A stretch of DNA of 64,000 nt from Clostridia bacterium. GTDB lineage: Bacteria > Bacillota > Clostridia > Christensenellales > CAG-138. This document shows, piece after piece, positions 41,214-49,902 of this stretch. Position 1 is the stretch's first letter. Each line of letters starts with the position of its first letter. The DNA lies in contig JAVBWI010000019.1 in NCBI GenBank assembly GCA_036677445.1, positions 1,535-65,534 on the forward strand. Reading direction: 5' to 3'. A model generated the notes under the pieces. That model had not been told where the DNA came from. It searched no databases and saw only the letters and a list, made by a program, of their open reading frames with translations. A program made the position numbers and the translations under genes.

Positions 41214-41364
41214 GAACTTGATGAATGTATTATACTATCCGATTATTCCGTTGTCAATACATGCGAATTGTTTTTGTCATATGTAAACAATCTACATTTT
41301 TGCGCAGGTACTTGCCAATCCGGTATTAATTAAGCAATAATAGAGGCAGGAGGAAACAAACCCC

Positions 41365-42528
41365 ATGCTGTTGTTAAAAAACGCGCTCGTCATGAGCATG
41401 GCGCGCCCCGCCTTTCATGGCGATGTGCTGATAGAAGGCGGCCGTATCGCGGCCGTTGAAGTTGCTTTGCAGGCGCCCGGCGCGGAAATATTGGATTGTA
41501 CAAATAAATATGTGTTGCCCGGTCTTATAGACGCACACTGCCATATCGGCATGTGGGAGGATGGTATAGGCGAGGAAGGCGCCGACGGAAATGAAAGCAC
41601 CGACCCCATTACGCCGGAAATGCGCGCGACGGACGGTATCAACCCCTTCGACCCCTGCTTTGTTGAAGCACGTGCCGCGGGCGTAACCACGGTGCTTACC
41701 GGCCCGGGCAGCGCAAATGTGATCGGCGGCCAGTTTGTGGCGCTCAAAACATTCGGCCGCTGTATTGAGGAAATGATACTCAAAGAGCCCGTCGCCATGA
41801 AGGCCGCCTTGGGCGAAAATCCCAAGCGGGAATATATCGAGCAGAAGGCGACCCCGTACACGCGCATGGCTATTGCGGCGCTCTTCCGCAAGGCGATGGT
41901 GGAAGCGCAGGAATATCAGCGAAAGCTGGAGCTTTCCGAGGAGGACCCCGACAAATTGCCCGACCGGGATATCTCTGTGGAAGCGCTGCTGCCGGTGCTT
42001 CGCGGCGAACTCAAGGTGAAAGTGCATGCGCACCGGGCGGACGATATACTTACAGCCCTGCGGCTGGCGCGTGAATTCGGCCTTTCCATCACCATCGAGC
42101 ATTGTACCGAAGGGCATCTGATACTGGATGTTCTCAAGGAGCAGATTGCGGAACTGGGCGCGGGGATCATACTCGGGCCCCTGCTTTCGGAGCGCGCGAA
42201 GATCGAAATGAAGAATCTTACCTTCCATGCGCCAAAGCTGTTGCATGATGCGGGCATACCGTTTGCCCTGATGACGGATCACCCCGTTACCCCCATCCAG
42301 TACCTGCCTGTGTGCGCGGCGCTGTGCGTGCGCGACGGGCTGGATGAGGAGACTGCGCTAAAGTCCATCACCATCAATGCCGCGAATACCACGGGGCTGG
42401 GCGCGCGCGTAGGCAGCCTGGAGCCGGGCAAGGATGCGGATATCGCCATATTCGACGCACATCCGCTGGATTTCCGCAGCCATTGCGTATGTACCATCAT
42501 CAACGGACAAGTCGTTTATCGAAAATGA
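41365..42528 (+). CDS. Metal-dependent amidohydrolase family protein
   Basis: N-terminal GLIDAHCHIG (the HxH metal motif) and a later H and D consistent with the amidohydrolase superfamily. The substrate is unknown. Confidence 0.8.
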   Translation: MLLLKNALVMSMARPAFHGDVLIEGGRIAAVEVALQAPGAEILDCTNKYVLPGLIDAHCHIGMWEDGIGEEGADGNESTDPITPEMRATDGINPFDPCFVEARAAGVTTVLTGPGSANVIGGQFVALKTFGRCIEEMILKEPVAMKAALGENPKREYIEQKATPYTRMAIAALFRKAMVEAQEYQRKLELSEEDPDKLPDRDISVEALLPVLRGELKVKVHAHRADDILTALRLAREFGLSITIEHCTEGHLILDVLKEQIAELGAGIILGPLLSERAKIEMKNLTFHAPKLLHDAGIPFALMTDHPVTPIQYLPVCAALCVRDGLDEETALKSITINAANTTGLGARVGSLEPGKDADIAIFDAHPLDFRSHCVCTIINGQVVYRK

Positions 42529-42569
42529 GTTTCTCGGTTTTTAATAAACCTGAAATGGAGGAAGAAATT

Positions 42570-43703
42570 ATGCTTCGGCCGACTCATGCGATCATTGATT
42601 TGGATGCACTCAGGCACAACATCCGGTTGTTGCGGGCCAATGTGGGCGATGAAGTAAAGTACATGTCGGTGGTAAAGGCCAATGCGTACGGGCACGGCAT
42701 CGTCGAGATCGGGAAAGTAACAGAGGAATTCGGCGCCGATTATTTGGGCGTGGCTATCCCGGAGGAGGGGAAGCGGCTGCGCGAAGCCGGCATTCACATC
42801 CCGATACTCATACTCGGCGGCATACTGCCTGATGGTGCCGATATGGTTCTCGCCTATGACCTGGCCCCCACGGTATTCACATGTGAAATACTGACTGCGC
42901 TTCAGCTTGCGGCGCAGCGGCAGGGTAAAGTATGCGGCATACACATCAAAATCGATTCCGGTATGAACCGTATCGGCGTAAAGACGGCGGAAGAGTTTGA
43001 AAAGCTGCTGCTGCTGGCGAAAAACAGCCCCAATATCCGCGTGGAAGGTTTGTTTACGCACTTTGCGGTGAGCGAGATACCGGATAAATCCTTTACCATC
43101 GAGCAGAACGACCGCTTTATGGCGTTTGTGCGCATCGCGCAGGAGATGGGCTTTTCGCCGCTCGTACATGCCTGCAACAGCGGCGCGCAGCTGGATATGC
43201 CCGAAGAGCTCAAGCATGCCATGGTGCGCGGCGGCATCGCCATGTATGGCTACCATCCCGGCGCACAATGCGGGCGCTGGGCCGATCTTCGGCCTGTGCT
43301 GACATGGAAGACTGCCGTACTGCACGTAAAAGAAATACAGCCGGGAGAAACCGTGAGCTATGGCAGGCGCTTTACCGCCGCACAGCCGCGTTTGATCGCC
43401 ACGTTGCCCCTGGGGTATGGCGATGGCTATAAGCGCTGCCTTACCAACAAGGCGCAGGTGCTGATCCATGGCCAGCGCGCGCCTATCGTGGGTACGGTGT
43501 GTATGGATCAATGTATGGCGGACGTGACGGATATCGGCGGCGTACGTCCGGGCGACGAGGTGGTGCTCATCGGCAGGCAGGGCAATGAAAACATCAGTGC
43601 GGACGAAATGGCGGGCTGGGCGGATACCATCAGTTATGAGATATTGCTCAGCATCAGCGACCGCGTGCCGCGAATCTATTCGGGCGCAGGGTCGGAACAG
43701 TAA
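42570..43703 (+). CDS. alr: Alanine racemase
   Basis: The PLP-lysine motif VVKANAYGHG and C-terminal YE.L..I..RVPR. GGAGGAAG precedes ATG 42570. Confidence 0.93.
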   Translation: MLRPTHAIIDLDALRHNIRLLRANVGDEVKYMSVVKANAYGHGIVEIGKVTEEFGADYLGVAIPEEGKRLREAGIHIPILILGGILPDGADMVLAYDLAPTVFTCEILTALQLAAQRQGKVCGIHIKIDSGMNRIGVKTAEEFEKLLLLAKNSPNIRVEGLFTHFAVSEIPDKSFTIEQNDRFMAFVRIAQEMGFSPLVHACNSGAQLDMPEELKHAMVRGGIAMYGYHPGAQCGRWADLRPVLTWKTAVLHVKEIQPGETVSYGRRFTAAQPRLIATLPLGYGDGYKRCLTNKAQVLIHGQRAPIVGTVCMDQCMADVTDIGGVRPGDEVVLIGRQGNENISADEMAGWADTISYEILLSISDRVPRIYSGAGSEQ

Positions 43704-43722
43704 CCGGCACCGGAAACATTTG

Positions 43723-43978
43723 CTCCGCCCCGGCGTTTTATCGCCGGGGCGGCCAGAGTGTAAAAAAAGTCTTTATGGTTAGCAAACGAGTGCCGCAATA
43801 GGCTTCATTCGCGAGCGGCGACACGTGCGGCGCGAGCGAAAAGCCTTGCGGCGCAAGGCTTTCCTTGCAGGAACCACCGACCGCATCAAAGATGCAGGCG
43901 GTTCCTGTGAAACTCAAAAAAGTGACGCAGTCACTTTTTTGACAGCCTCTCCGCCCAGGCGTTTTATCGCCGGGGCGG
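43723..43978. repeat. Copy A of a ~195-bp multi-hairpin intergenic element, bracketed by a duplicated 30-nt terminator hairpin
   Basis: Direct repeats CTCCGCCC(C/A)GGCGTTTTATCGCCGGGGCGG lie at 43723-43752 and 43949-43978. The core between them carries three consecutive hairpins and is homologous to 48498-48692. Confidence 0.75.
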
Positions 43979-44039
43979 CGTTTGCCTTTAAAGGGTTTTG
44001 TGTACCTGTAACTACATGCAAAGGAAGGCGGAAGAGGAC

Positions 44040-45533
44040 ATGCTGCAAATACTCACGCCCGAACAGTCGCGGCGGCTGGATGTGCATATGATAGGGGAGC
44101 AGGGCATCCCCGGCATCGTGCTGATGGAGCATGCGGCGCTGGGCGTTGTGGAGGCTGTGCTTAGGCTGATGAACCCGCAGGGGCGGGTATGCATACTGTG
44201 TGGCGGCGGCAACAACGGCGGGGACGGCATGGCCGTGCTGCGGCAGCTCATTATGCGCGGCGTATCTGCATCCGCGGTGCTGTTGGCGGGACCGGAACAG
44301 CTTACAGGGGATGCGCTTACGCAGTACCGCATGGCGGCCGTATGCGGCTTGCCCATAACCCTTGCATTGACCGATGAGGCCGTTGAAGCGTTGCATTTCT
44401 CCGATGCGGATGTGCTGGTGGATGCGCTGTTCGGCACGGGCCTTTCCCGCGCGGTACAGGGGCGGTATCTGCGCGCCATTGAGCGCATCAACGACTCCGG
44501 CAAGCCGGTGGTGGCGGTGGATATCCCTTCGGGTGTGGACGGCGCAACGGGGCATGTGCTGGGCGCGGCCGTACAGGCGGCGGTGACCGTGACGTTCCAG
44601 AATAAAAAGCTGGGGCATCTGCTGTTCCCCGGCCGCGAGTATGCCGGCGAGGTGCGCGTTGTGCCTATCGGCCTGCCCGCGCTGCCGCTGGAGGCTGCGC
44701 TGGAGCTGGAGGAATCCGATGTACGCGCGCTGCTGCCGGAACGTCCGTTGGACAGCCACAAAGGGAAAAACGGGCACGCGCTGCTATGTGCGGGCAGCGG
44801 GCAATACGCGGGGGCCGCGCTGCTTGCGGCGAGATCGGCGCTCCGTTCGGGCTGCGGCTTGCTGCATGCTGCGGTGCCGCGGGGTATCCGCGCGGTGTTT
44901 GCGGATTGTCCCGGGGCGATCTGCCATCCCGTAGGCTGCTCGGAGGAATGGCAGGACGCTGCCGCCCAGGAGGCGATTGCGCTGCTGCCAAAGGTACAGG
45001 CCGCGGCCATAGGGCCGGGCATGGGCACAGGCGGGGGAATATCGATATTGCTCGAAGCAGCGCTCAATACCGGCAAGCCACTCATTATCGACGCGGATGG
45101 GCTCAATGCGCTTGCGGCCAATCCGAAGCTTATGCGGCTGCTGCACAAAAACGTATTGCTTACGCCGCATCCGGGAGAGATGGGGCGGCTTACGAACAAA
45201 AGCGTACCGGAAATACTGGATGATCCTGTACGTGTGGCGCGGCAGGCGAGCGGAGCCTGGGGCTGCGTAGTGCTGCTTAAGGGCGCTACGAGCGTCATCG
45301 CACAGGGGGACAGGGTATGCCTTAACGCAACAGGCAACCCCGGCCTGGCCAAGGGCGGCAGCGGCGATGTGTTAACGGGCATACTGCTTGCGCTGCTCGC
45401 ACAGGGGCTTGCGCACTTTGAGGCGGCAAGTGCCGGCGCGTATCTATTAGGCTGTGCGGCGGAGGAAGCATATGCGCTGCTGGGTACGCGCATGCTGCTC
45501 CCCACCGACGTTATCGATGCGCTGGGCAATTGA
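44040..45533 (+). CDS. nnr: Bifunctional NAD(P)H-hydrate epimerase / ADP-dependent dehydratase
   Basis: An N-terminal YjeF_N domain (GGGNNGGDG) and a C-terminal carbohydrate-kinase-like domain (GPGMG, GSGDVLTG). ATG 44040 follows AAGGAAGG...GAGG. Confidence 0.9.
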   Translation: MLQILTPEQSRRLDVHMIGEQGIPGIVLMEHAALGVVEAVLRLMNPQGRVCILCGGGNNGGDGMAVLRQLIMRGVSASAVLLAGPEQLTGDALTQYRMAAVCGLPITLALTDEAVEALHFSDADVLVDALFGTGLSRAVQGRYLRAIERINDSGKPVVAVDIPSGVDGATGHVLGAAVQAAVTVTFQNKKLGHLLFPGREYAGEVRVVPIGLPALPLEAALELEESDVRALLPERPLDSHKGKNGHALLCAGSGQYAGAALLAARSALRSGCGLLHAAVPRGIRAVFADCPGAICHPVGCSEEWQDAAAQEAIALLPKVQAAAIGPGMGTGGGISILLEAALNTGKPLIIDADGLNALAANPKLMRLLHKNVLLTPHPGEMGRLTNKSVPEILDDPVRVARQASGAWGCVVLLKGATSVIAQGDRVCLNATGNPGLAKGGSGDVLTGILLALLAQGLAHFEAASAGAYLLGCAAEEAYALLGTRMLLPTDVIDALGN

Positions 45534-45585
45534 GCCGCCATTGCGGAAGATATTATACAGTGCTATCTGGGCGCTATATGCTTAC

Positions 45586-45619
45586 AAAACGGGCGTGCCG
45601 TAGTCGGCACGCCCGTTTT
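45586..45619. terminator. Bidirectional intrinsic terminator between convergent nnr and the PLP enzyme gene
   Basis: AAAACGGGCGTGCCG-tagt-CGGCACGCCCGTTTT. Confidence 0.85.
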
Positions 45620-45638
45620 GTAAGAGGTAGGAAAACAA

Positions 45639-47114
45639 TTATAAGGTTTCGAGCACGCCCGTCTCCGCGTTGAAGGCATCGATGAGCGCGTCGATTTCTT
45701 TGGCCTGTTTGTGGATGCCGCCCCAGTAGTTGTCGTAATCGTACCACTGCGCGTTGAGCTCTTCGACGGTCTTGCCCTGCTGTTCCACCCAAGTGTAGTA
45801 CTTGAGGTTGTGCACGCGCTTGCGGGCCTCGTAGGTGAGCTCCTCCATCGTATCCGTGCGGATGCCATGCATATGCCCGGCGTAATCCGCGGCGGCCTTT
45901 ACGCTGGAGTATTCGCCGTTCTTCTCTGCCAGTTCCGCCACGCGGGAGCCGTACATCTCGGCGGAATCCGTGCCGACGGTGAAGAGCAGGTCGTTTTCGG
46001 TCAGCTCGTAGTATTTTGCCATCTTGATGCAGCACAGCACGTTGGCGATACCCGAGATGCCGAGCAGAGAGAGCTTTTCTATAAACGCCGGGTCAAGCCC
46101 CAGCTCGCTCACGAGGTACGCGCGGCCGGCCGGTTCGTTGAACAGGCGAAGCAGGTTCTGGCTGTCCTCGTCGTCGATGGCGATGACCATGTCGGTGTTC
46201 TTGACGTTGTGTACCCAGGGCACATGCTTGTCGCCGATGCCTTCGATACGGTGGCCGCCAAAGCCGTTGTTGAGCAGCGTCGGGCACTGCAGCGCTTCGC
46301 CGACGGCGAGCTTCGCATGCGGGTACTGCTCCTTGATGTAATCGCCGCTTGCCATGGTGCCGGCCGAACCGGAGGTGAAGGCCATACCGGCCAGACGGCC
46401 GTTCTCGCCCTTCAATTGCAGGAACGCGTCCTCGATGGCCTTGCCGGTAACGGTATAGTGCCACAGGTGGTTGCCCATCTCGTCAAACTGGTTGAATATC
46501 ACAACATCCTCGCGGGTGTTGCGCAGTTCCCAGGTTTTGTCGAAGATTTCCTTTACGTTGCTCTCGCAGCCGGGGGTGGCGATGACCTCGCCCGCAATCT
46601 TGGAGAGCCATTCAAAGCGCTCGCGGCTCATTTCCGCAGGCAGTATGGCTACGGAATCGCAGGAAAGCAGCTTGGAGTTGTAGGCACCGCCGCGGCAATA
46701 GTTGCCGGTGGAGGGCCATACGGCCTTGTGGTAGGTGGGGTCGAACTGGCCTGTTACCAGGCGGGGCGCCAGGCAGCCAAAAGAAGCGCCTACCTTATGG
46801 CAGCCGGTGGGGAACCATTTGCCTGTCAATACCACGATACGAGCTTTCACGCCGCTGAGCGCGGAAGGAATTTCTAAATAATTCACATCCCCGAATTCGC
46901 CGCCGCTCATCTTGGGCTCGTTGCGCCAGGTGATGCGGAAGAGGTTGAGAGGGCTGATATCCCATAAACCGGTGGTCTTAAGGCCTTTTTTGATCTTTTC
47001 CGGCACTGATTTCGGGTCGCGCATCTGTGCGAACGTAGGGATGACGATTTTGTTTTCGCGGGCTCTTTGAATGGTACGCTGGAGGTTATCTCGATTCACT
47101 GTTAAATCAATCAT
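45639..47114 (-). CDS. PLP-dependent enzyme of the tryptophan-synthase-beta/cysteine-synthase fold (lyase/thiolase-like), function unknown
   Basis: ~491 aa. It has a candidate PLP-lysine segment (FPTGCHKVGASFG), a glycine-rich phosphate loop (FTSGSAGTMASG) and a large C-terminal extension. The start at 47114 follows GGAG. The longer track start at 47231 lacks an RBS. Confidence 0.65.
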   Translation of the reverse strand: MIDLTVNRDNLQRTIQRARENKIVIPTFAQMRDPKSVPEKIKKGLKTTGLWDISPLNLFRITWRNEPKMSGGEFGDVNYLEIPSALSGVKARIVVLTGKWFPTGCHKVGASFGCLAPRLVTGQFDPTYHKAVWPSTGNYCRGGAYNSKLLSCDSVAILPAEMSRERFEWLSKIAGEVIATPGCESNVKEIFDKTWELRNTREDVVIFNQFDEMGNHLWHYTVTGKAIEDAFLQLKGENGRLAGMAFTSGSAGTMASGDYIKEQYPHAKLAVGEALQCPTLLNNGFGGHRIEGIGDKHVPWVHNVKNTDMVIAIDDEDSQNLLRLFNEPAGRAYLVSELGLDPAFIEKLSLLGISGIANVLCCIKMAKYYELTENDLLFTVGTDSAEMYGSRVAELAEKNGEYSSVKAAADYAGHMHGIRTDTMEELTYEARKRVHNLKYYTWVEQQGKTVEELNAQWYDYDNYWGGIHKQAKEIDALIDAFNAETGVLETL

Positions 47115-47392
47115 GATGCTTCGCTCCATTTCTGCATGCTGTATTGTTGGGGACACGCCGTTGGGTCGCTTTTCCTTTATATATCCACAGTGTAGCCCAT
47201 TCCTATACGTTTGTAAATGCTTCCTGCACATTTTCCTAAAAAATTTTTTTCATGCCTGAAAAATTATGTGATTTGTCGCTGCGAATACTATTCCCCGCAG
47301 GGAATACTACAATAGTATCCTAAATGCGTCGGAGGGGGAACCTCTATCCGCTTTGATGCGTTTTATAAACAAACAATGTATGGAGGCGTTAA

Positions 47393-48424
47393 ATGAAGAA
47401 GCTTATTACAATATTGCTCTTGGGAGTATTGCTGTTTTCAGGCATTGCCTGTGCGCCAAAGCAGGAGGAAGTACCCGCGCCCACGCCCGCCCAACAAGTC
47501 AGTCCGCCTGAAGGATTGACGCTTTCGATGCAGCAGGCTACTTATTACTTGGATAGTGCGGAACTGGTGGCAACGTTGATAAACGATACGGAATATACCT
47601 GTACATTCGGCGAGGCATCCTACCTTGAATTGCAAAGCGGCGACGGTTGGCAGCGCGTGCCGTTTAAAGAGGATGTTTATTGGATCGAAATCGCTTACAT
47701 ACTTGGGCCGGGAGAATCCAAAGAAGTCGTCCTGCCGCTCGATCTGTTTGAAGGGCTGGCCCCCGGAACCTACCGGCTGGTGAAAGAGGTATATTGCGAC
47801 GACGGAAGCGAAGAGGGCATTCGGGCAACTGTGTCGGCTGCATTCAATTTGGACGCCGTACCGGCGGAAACGGCTGCTGCAATGAAACCTGTTATCTACC
47901 TTTACCCACAGGAGGAAACAGAGGTAACCGTTCAGCTTGACTTTGACGGCACGCTTACCTGCACCTACCCCGCCTATCGGGAGGGGTGGCATGTACTCGC
48001 GCAGCCGGACGGTACGCTGACGGATATGGAAAACGGGAGTGAATACTCATATCTCTTCTGGGAAGGCGTAAGCGATACGCAATACGATCTTTCGTCGGGC
48101 TTTGTGGTAAAGGGTCCGGATACCATGGCATTTTTACAGGAAAAGCTTGCGTACATGGGCTTAACCCCCAAGGAATACAATGAGTTTATCGTATATTGGC
48201 TCCCCCGCATGCAGGATAACGCCTATAACCTGATCTCCTTCCAGCGGCAGGCTTATACGGAGCATGCGGCGCTTACCGTAAACCCGCAGCCGGACAGCAT
48301 CCTCCGGGTATTTATGGCGTATAAAGCGTTGAATGCACCGGCCAAGGTACCGGAGCAGCGCCTGACACCTTTTATACGTGAAGGGTTTACGGTGGTGGAG
48401 TGGGGAGGAGCGGAAATAGAATAA
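47393..48424 (+). CDS. Hypothetical lipoprotein
   Basis: MKKLITILLLGVLLFSGIAC is a lipobox signal peptide. There are two domains with no motif I can name. Confidence 0.6.
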   Translation: MKKLITILLLGVLLFSGIACAPKQEEVPAPTPAQQVSPPEGLTLSMQQATYYLDSAELVATLINDTEYTCTFGEASYLELQSGDGWQRVPFKEDVYWIEIAYILGPGESKEVVLPLDLFEGLAPGTYRLVKEVYCDDGSEEGIRATVSAAFNLDAVPAETAAAMKPVIYLYPQEETEVTVQLDFDGTLTCTYPAYREGWHVLAQPDGTLTDMENGSEYSYLFWEGVSDTQYDLSSGFVVKGPDTMAFLQEKLAYMGLTPKEYNEFIVYWLPRMQDNAYNLISFQRQAYTEHAALTVNPQPDSILRVFMAYKALNAPAKVPEQRLTPFIREGFTVVEWGGAEIE

Positions 48425-48469
48425 ACAATTGTTTAGGATACATGAACGAAGCATTTCGATTTTGCTTTT

Positions 48470-48720
48470 AGCAGTCTGTCGTATCCGGCAGGCTGCTCTG
48501 ACTGTTGATAAACCCCTTGGGGATTCGGGGACCGCAGTCCCCGGAGGCTTCCAACCGCCGCCAGCGACATGTGCGGTGGCGGCGGAAAGCCTTGCGACGC
48601 AAGGCTTTCCTTGCAGGAACAACCGCCCGTGCCGCAGGCACAGGTTGTTCCTGTAATTCTCGAAAAAGTGCAAGCACTTTTTCGACAAGCTAAGCAGTCT
48701 GCCATATCCGGCAGGCTGCT
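48470..48720. repeat. Copy B of the ~195-bp multi-hairpin element, bracketed by a duplicated 28-nt hairpin
   Basis: Direct repeats AGCAGTCTG(TCG/CCA)TATCCGGCAGGCTGCT lie at 48470-48497 and 48693-48720. The core is homologous to copy A (GAAAGCCTTGCGnCGCAAGGCTTTCCTTGCAGGAAC...GTTCCTGT...AAAAAGTG....CACTTTTT). Confidence 0.75.
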
Positions 48721-48758
48721 TTGTATGTCGGCTGCTGGAATACTCAAAAAATTGCGTA

Positions 48759-48787
48759 TTGACAGTTATATCGTCTCCCGATATAAT
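48759..48787 (+). promoter_or_regulatory. Consensus sigma-A promoter upstream of padR
   Basis: TTGACA (48759-48764), a 17-nt spacer and TATAAT (48782-48787), about 75 nt upstream of the padR start. Confidence 0.7.
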
Positions 48788-48862
48788 TACATCGTCATAC
48801 GGTGTAACGTTAGACGATATAACGCTGCGCGATATACGGTGAACAAGCAATGGAGGCGGAAC

Positions 48863-49183
48863 ATGCAAGAGAACATCGCTTTGACGGAAGCGGTATTTTA
48901 CATCCTTCTTTCCCTGTATCAACCCATGCATGGGTACGGCATTATGCAGAATGTTGCACAGCTCAGCGGCGGAAGGGTGAACCTGGCCGCAGGTACATTG
49001 TATGGCGCATTAAGCACGTTGCTGGAAAAAGGATGGATACGGCCGCAGACGGCGGAAGAAAACATCAGAAAAAAGGAATACGAAATCACACAGGCAGGGC
49101 GGGCAGCGGTGGAAACAGAGCTTAGCAGGTTGCAGGAACTCATAGAGAACGGCCGGAAGGTTGTGGGGGAGAAACGGATATGA
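48863..49183 (+). CDS. PadR-family transcriptional regulator
   Basis: LTEAVFYILLSLYQPMHGYGIMQ.V......V.L..GTLYGALS.L...GWI is a typical PadR wHTH. GGAGG precedes ATG 48863. Confidence 0.9.
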   Translation: MQENIALTEAVFYILLSLYQPMHGYGIMQNVAQLSGGRVNLAAGTLYGALSTLLEKGWIRPQTAEENIRKKEYEITQAGRAAVETELSRLQELIENGRKVVGEKRI

Positions 49184-49755
49184 AGCATACGGTCTATAAA
49201 GTGTTTACCGTCGCGGAATTCGAAAAAGAAGAAAATTGGCTCAACGAGATGTCCGCAAAGGGCCTGCAGCTTACCGACGTCGGCTTATGCAGGTATGTAT
49301 TTGAGGAAGGCATACACGGCTAATACGTCTATCGGTTGGAATTGTTGGAGAATATGCCTGCGCACCCGGAAAGCGCAGCTTATATCCGGTTTATGGAGGA
49401 AATGGGTGTGGAGCATGTGGGTTCCATGCTGCGCTGGGTATATTTCCGGAAAAAAGCGTCGGATACGCCATTCGACATCTATTCGGATCTGGATTCAAAG
49501 ACACGGCATTTCCGGCGCATCAATTTGCTGTGCAATTGGCTGATCGGCGCCAATTTGGCAGCCGGCGTTGTGAACCTGCTCCTGTTTGCCGGCGATCTTG
49601 TGAATACATATATGGGTGTTGCCGTTCATTTGCATGCCGCGAATTTCACGGTCGGCGGCGTCAATCTTGCGATCGCGGTGCTTATATTTGTGCTGGCGCG
49701 CCCCATACGTTTGCGTTTAAAGACAATGCAAAAAGAAAGTGCCGTTCACGAATAA
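49180..49755 (+). pseudogene. DUF2812-type membrane protein gene (PadR partner) interrupted by an in-frame TAA
   Basis: ATG 49180 overlaps the padR stop. The frame reads ...GLCRYVFEEGIHG-TAA(49321-49323)-YVYRLELLENMPAHPESAAYIRFMEE... and continues in the same frame to 49755. Confidence 0.7.
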
Positions 49756-49902
49756 AGGCGGACGGCAGGGCAAAGGGCGGCATTCCCAACGGGGTGCCGC
49801 TTTTTTGCGTGATTCTGCCTCGATTGGGTCAATTTGGGTACAACCTGTGCATGGCGCTTTCCAAACGGGCATATGTATAAAAGTGCGAAGGGGGGATGGG
49901 CG

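Noticed and set aside
43825-44091. 88-aa ORF, and the similar 48505-48693 ORF, sharing the peptide RKALRRKAFLAGTT
   Set aside because: The shared peptide is a by-product of translating the repeated hairpin element. There is no RBS, both are palindromic DNA, and both overlap the flanking duplicated terminators.
44012-45541. 509-aa ORF on the minus strand, antisense to nnr
   Set aside because: It lies entirely within the well-supported nnr CDS and has an Ala/Ser/Pro/Arg-rich low-complexity translation. Such stop-free antisense frames are typical in high-GC DNA. It has no RBS and no motif.
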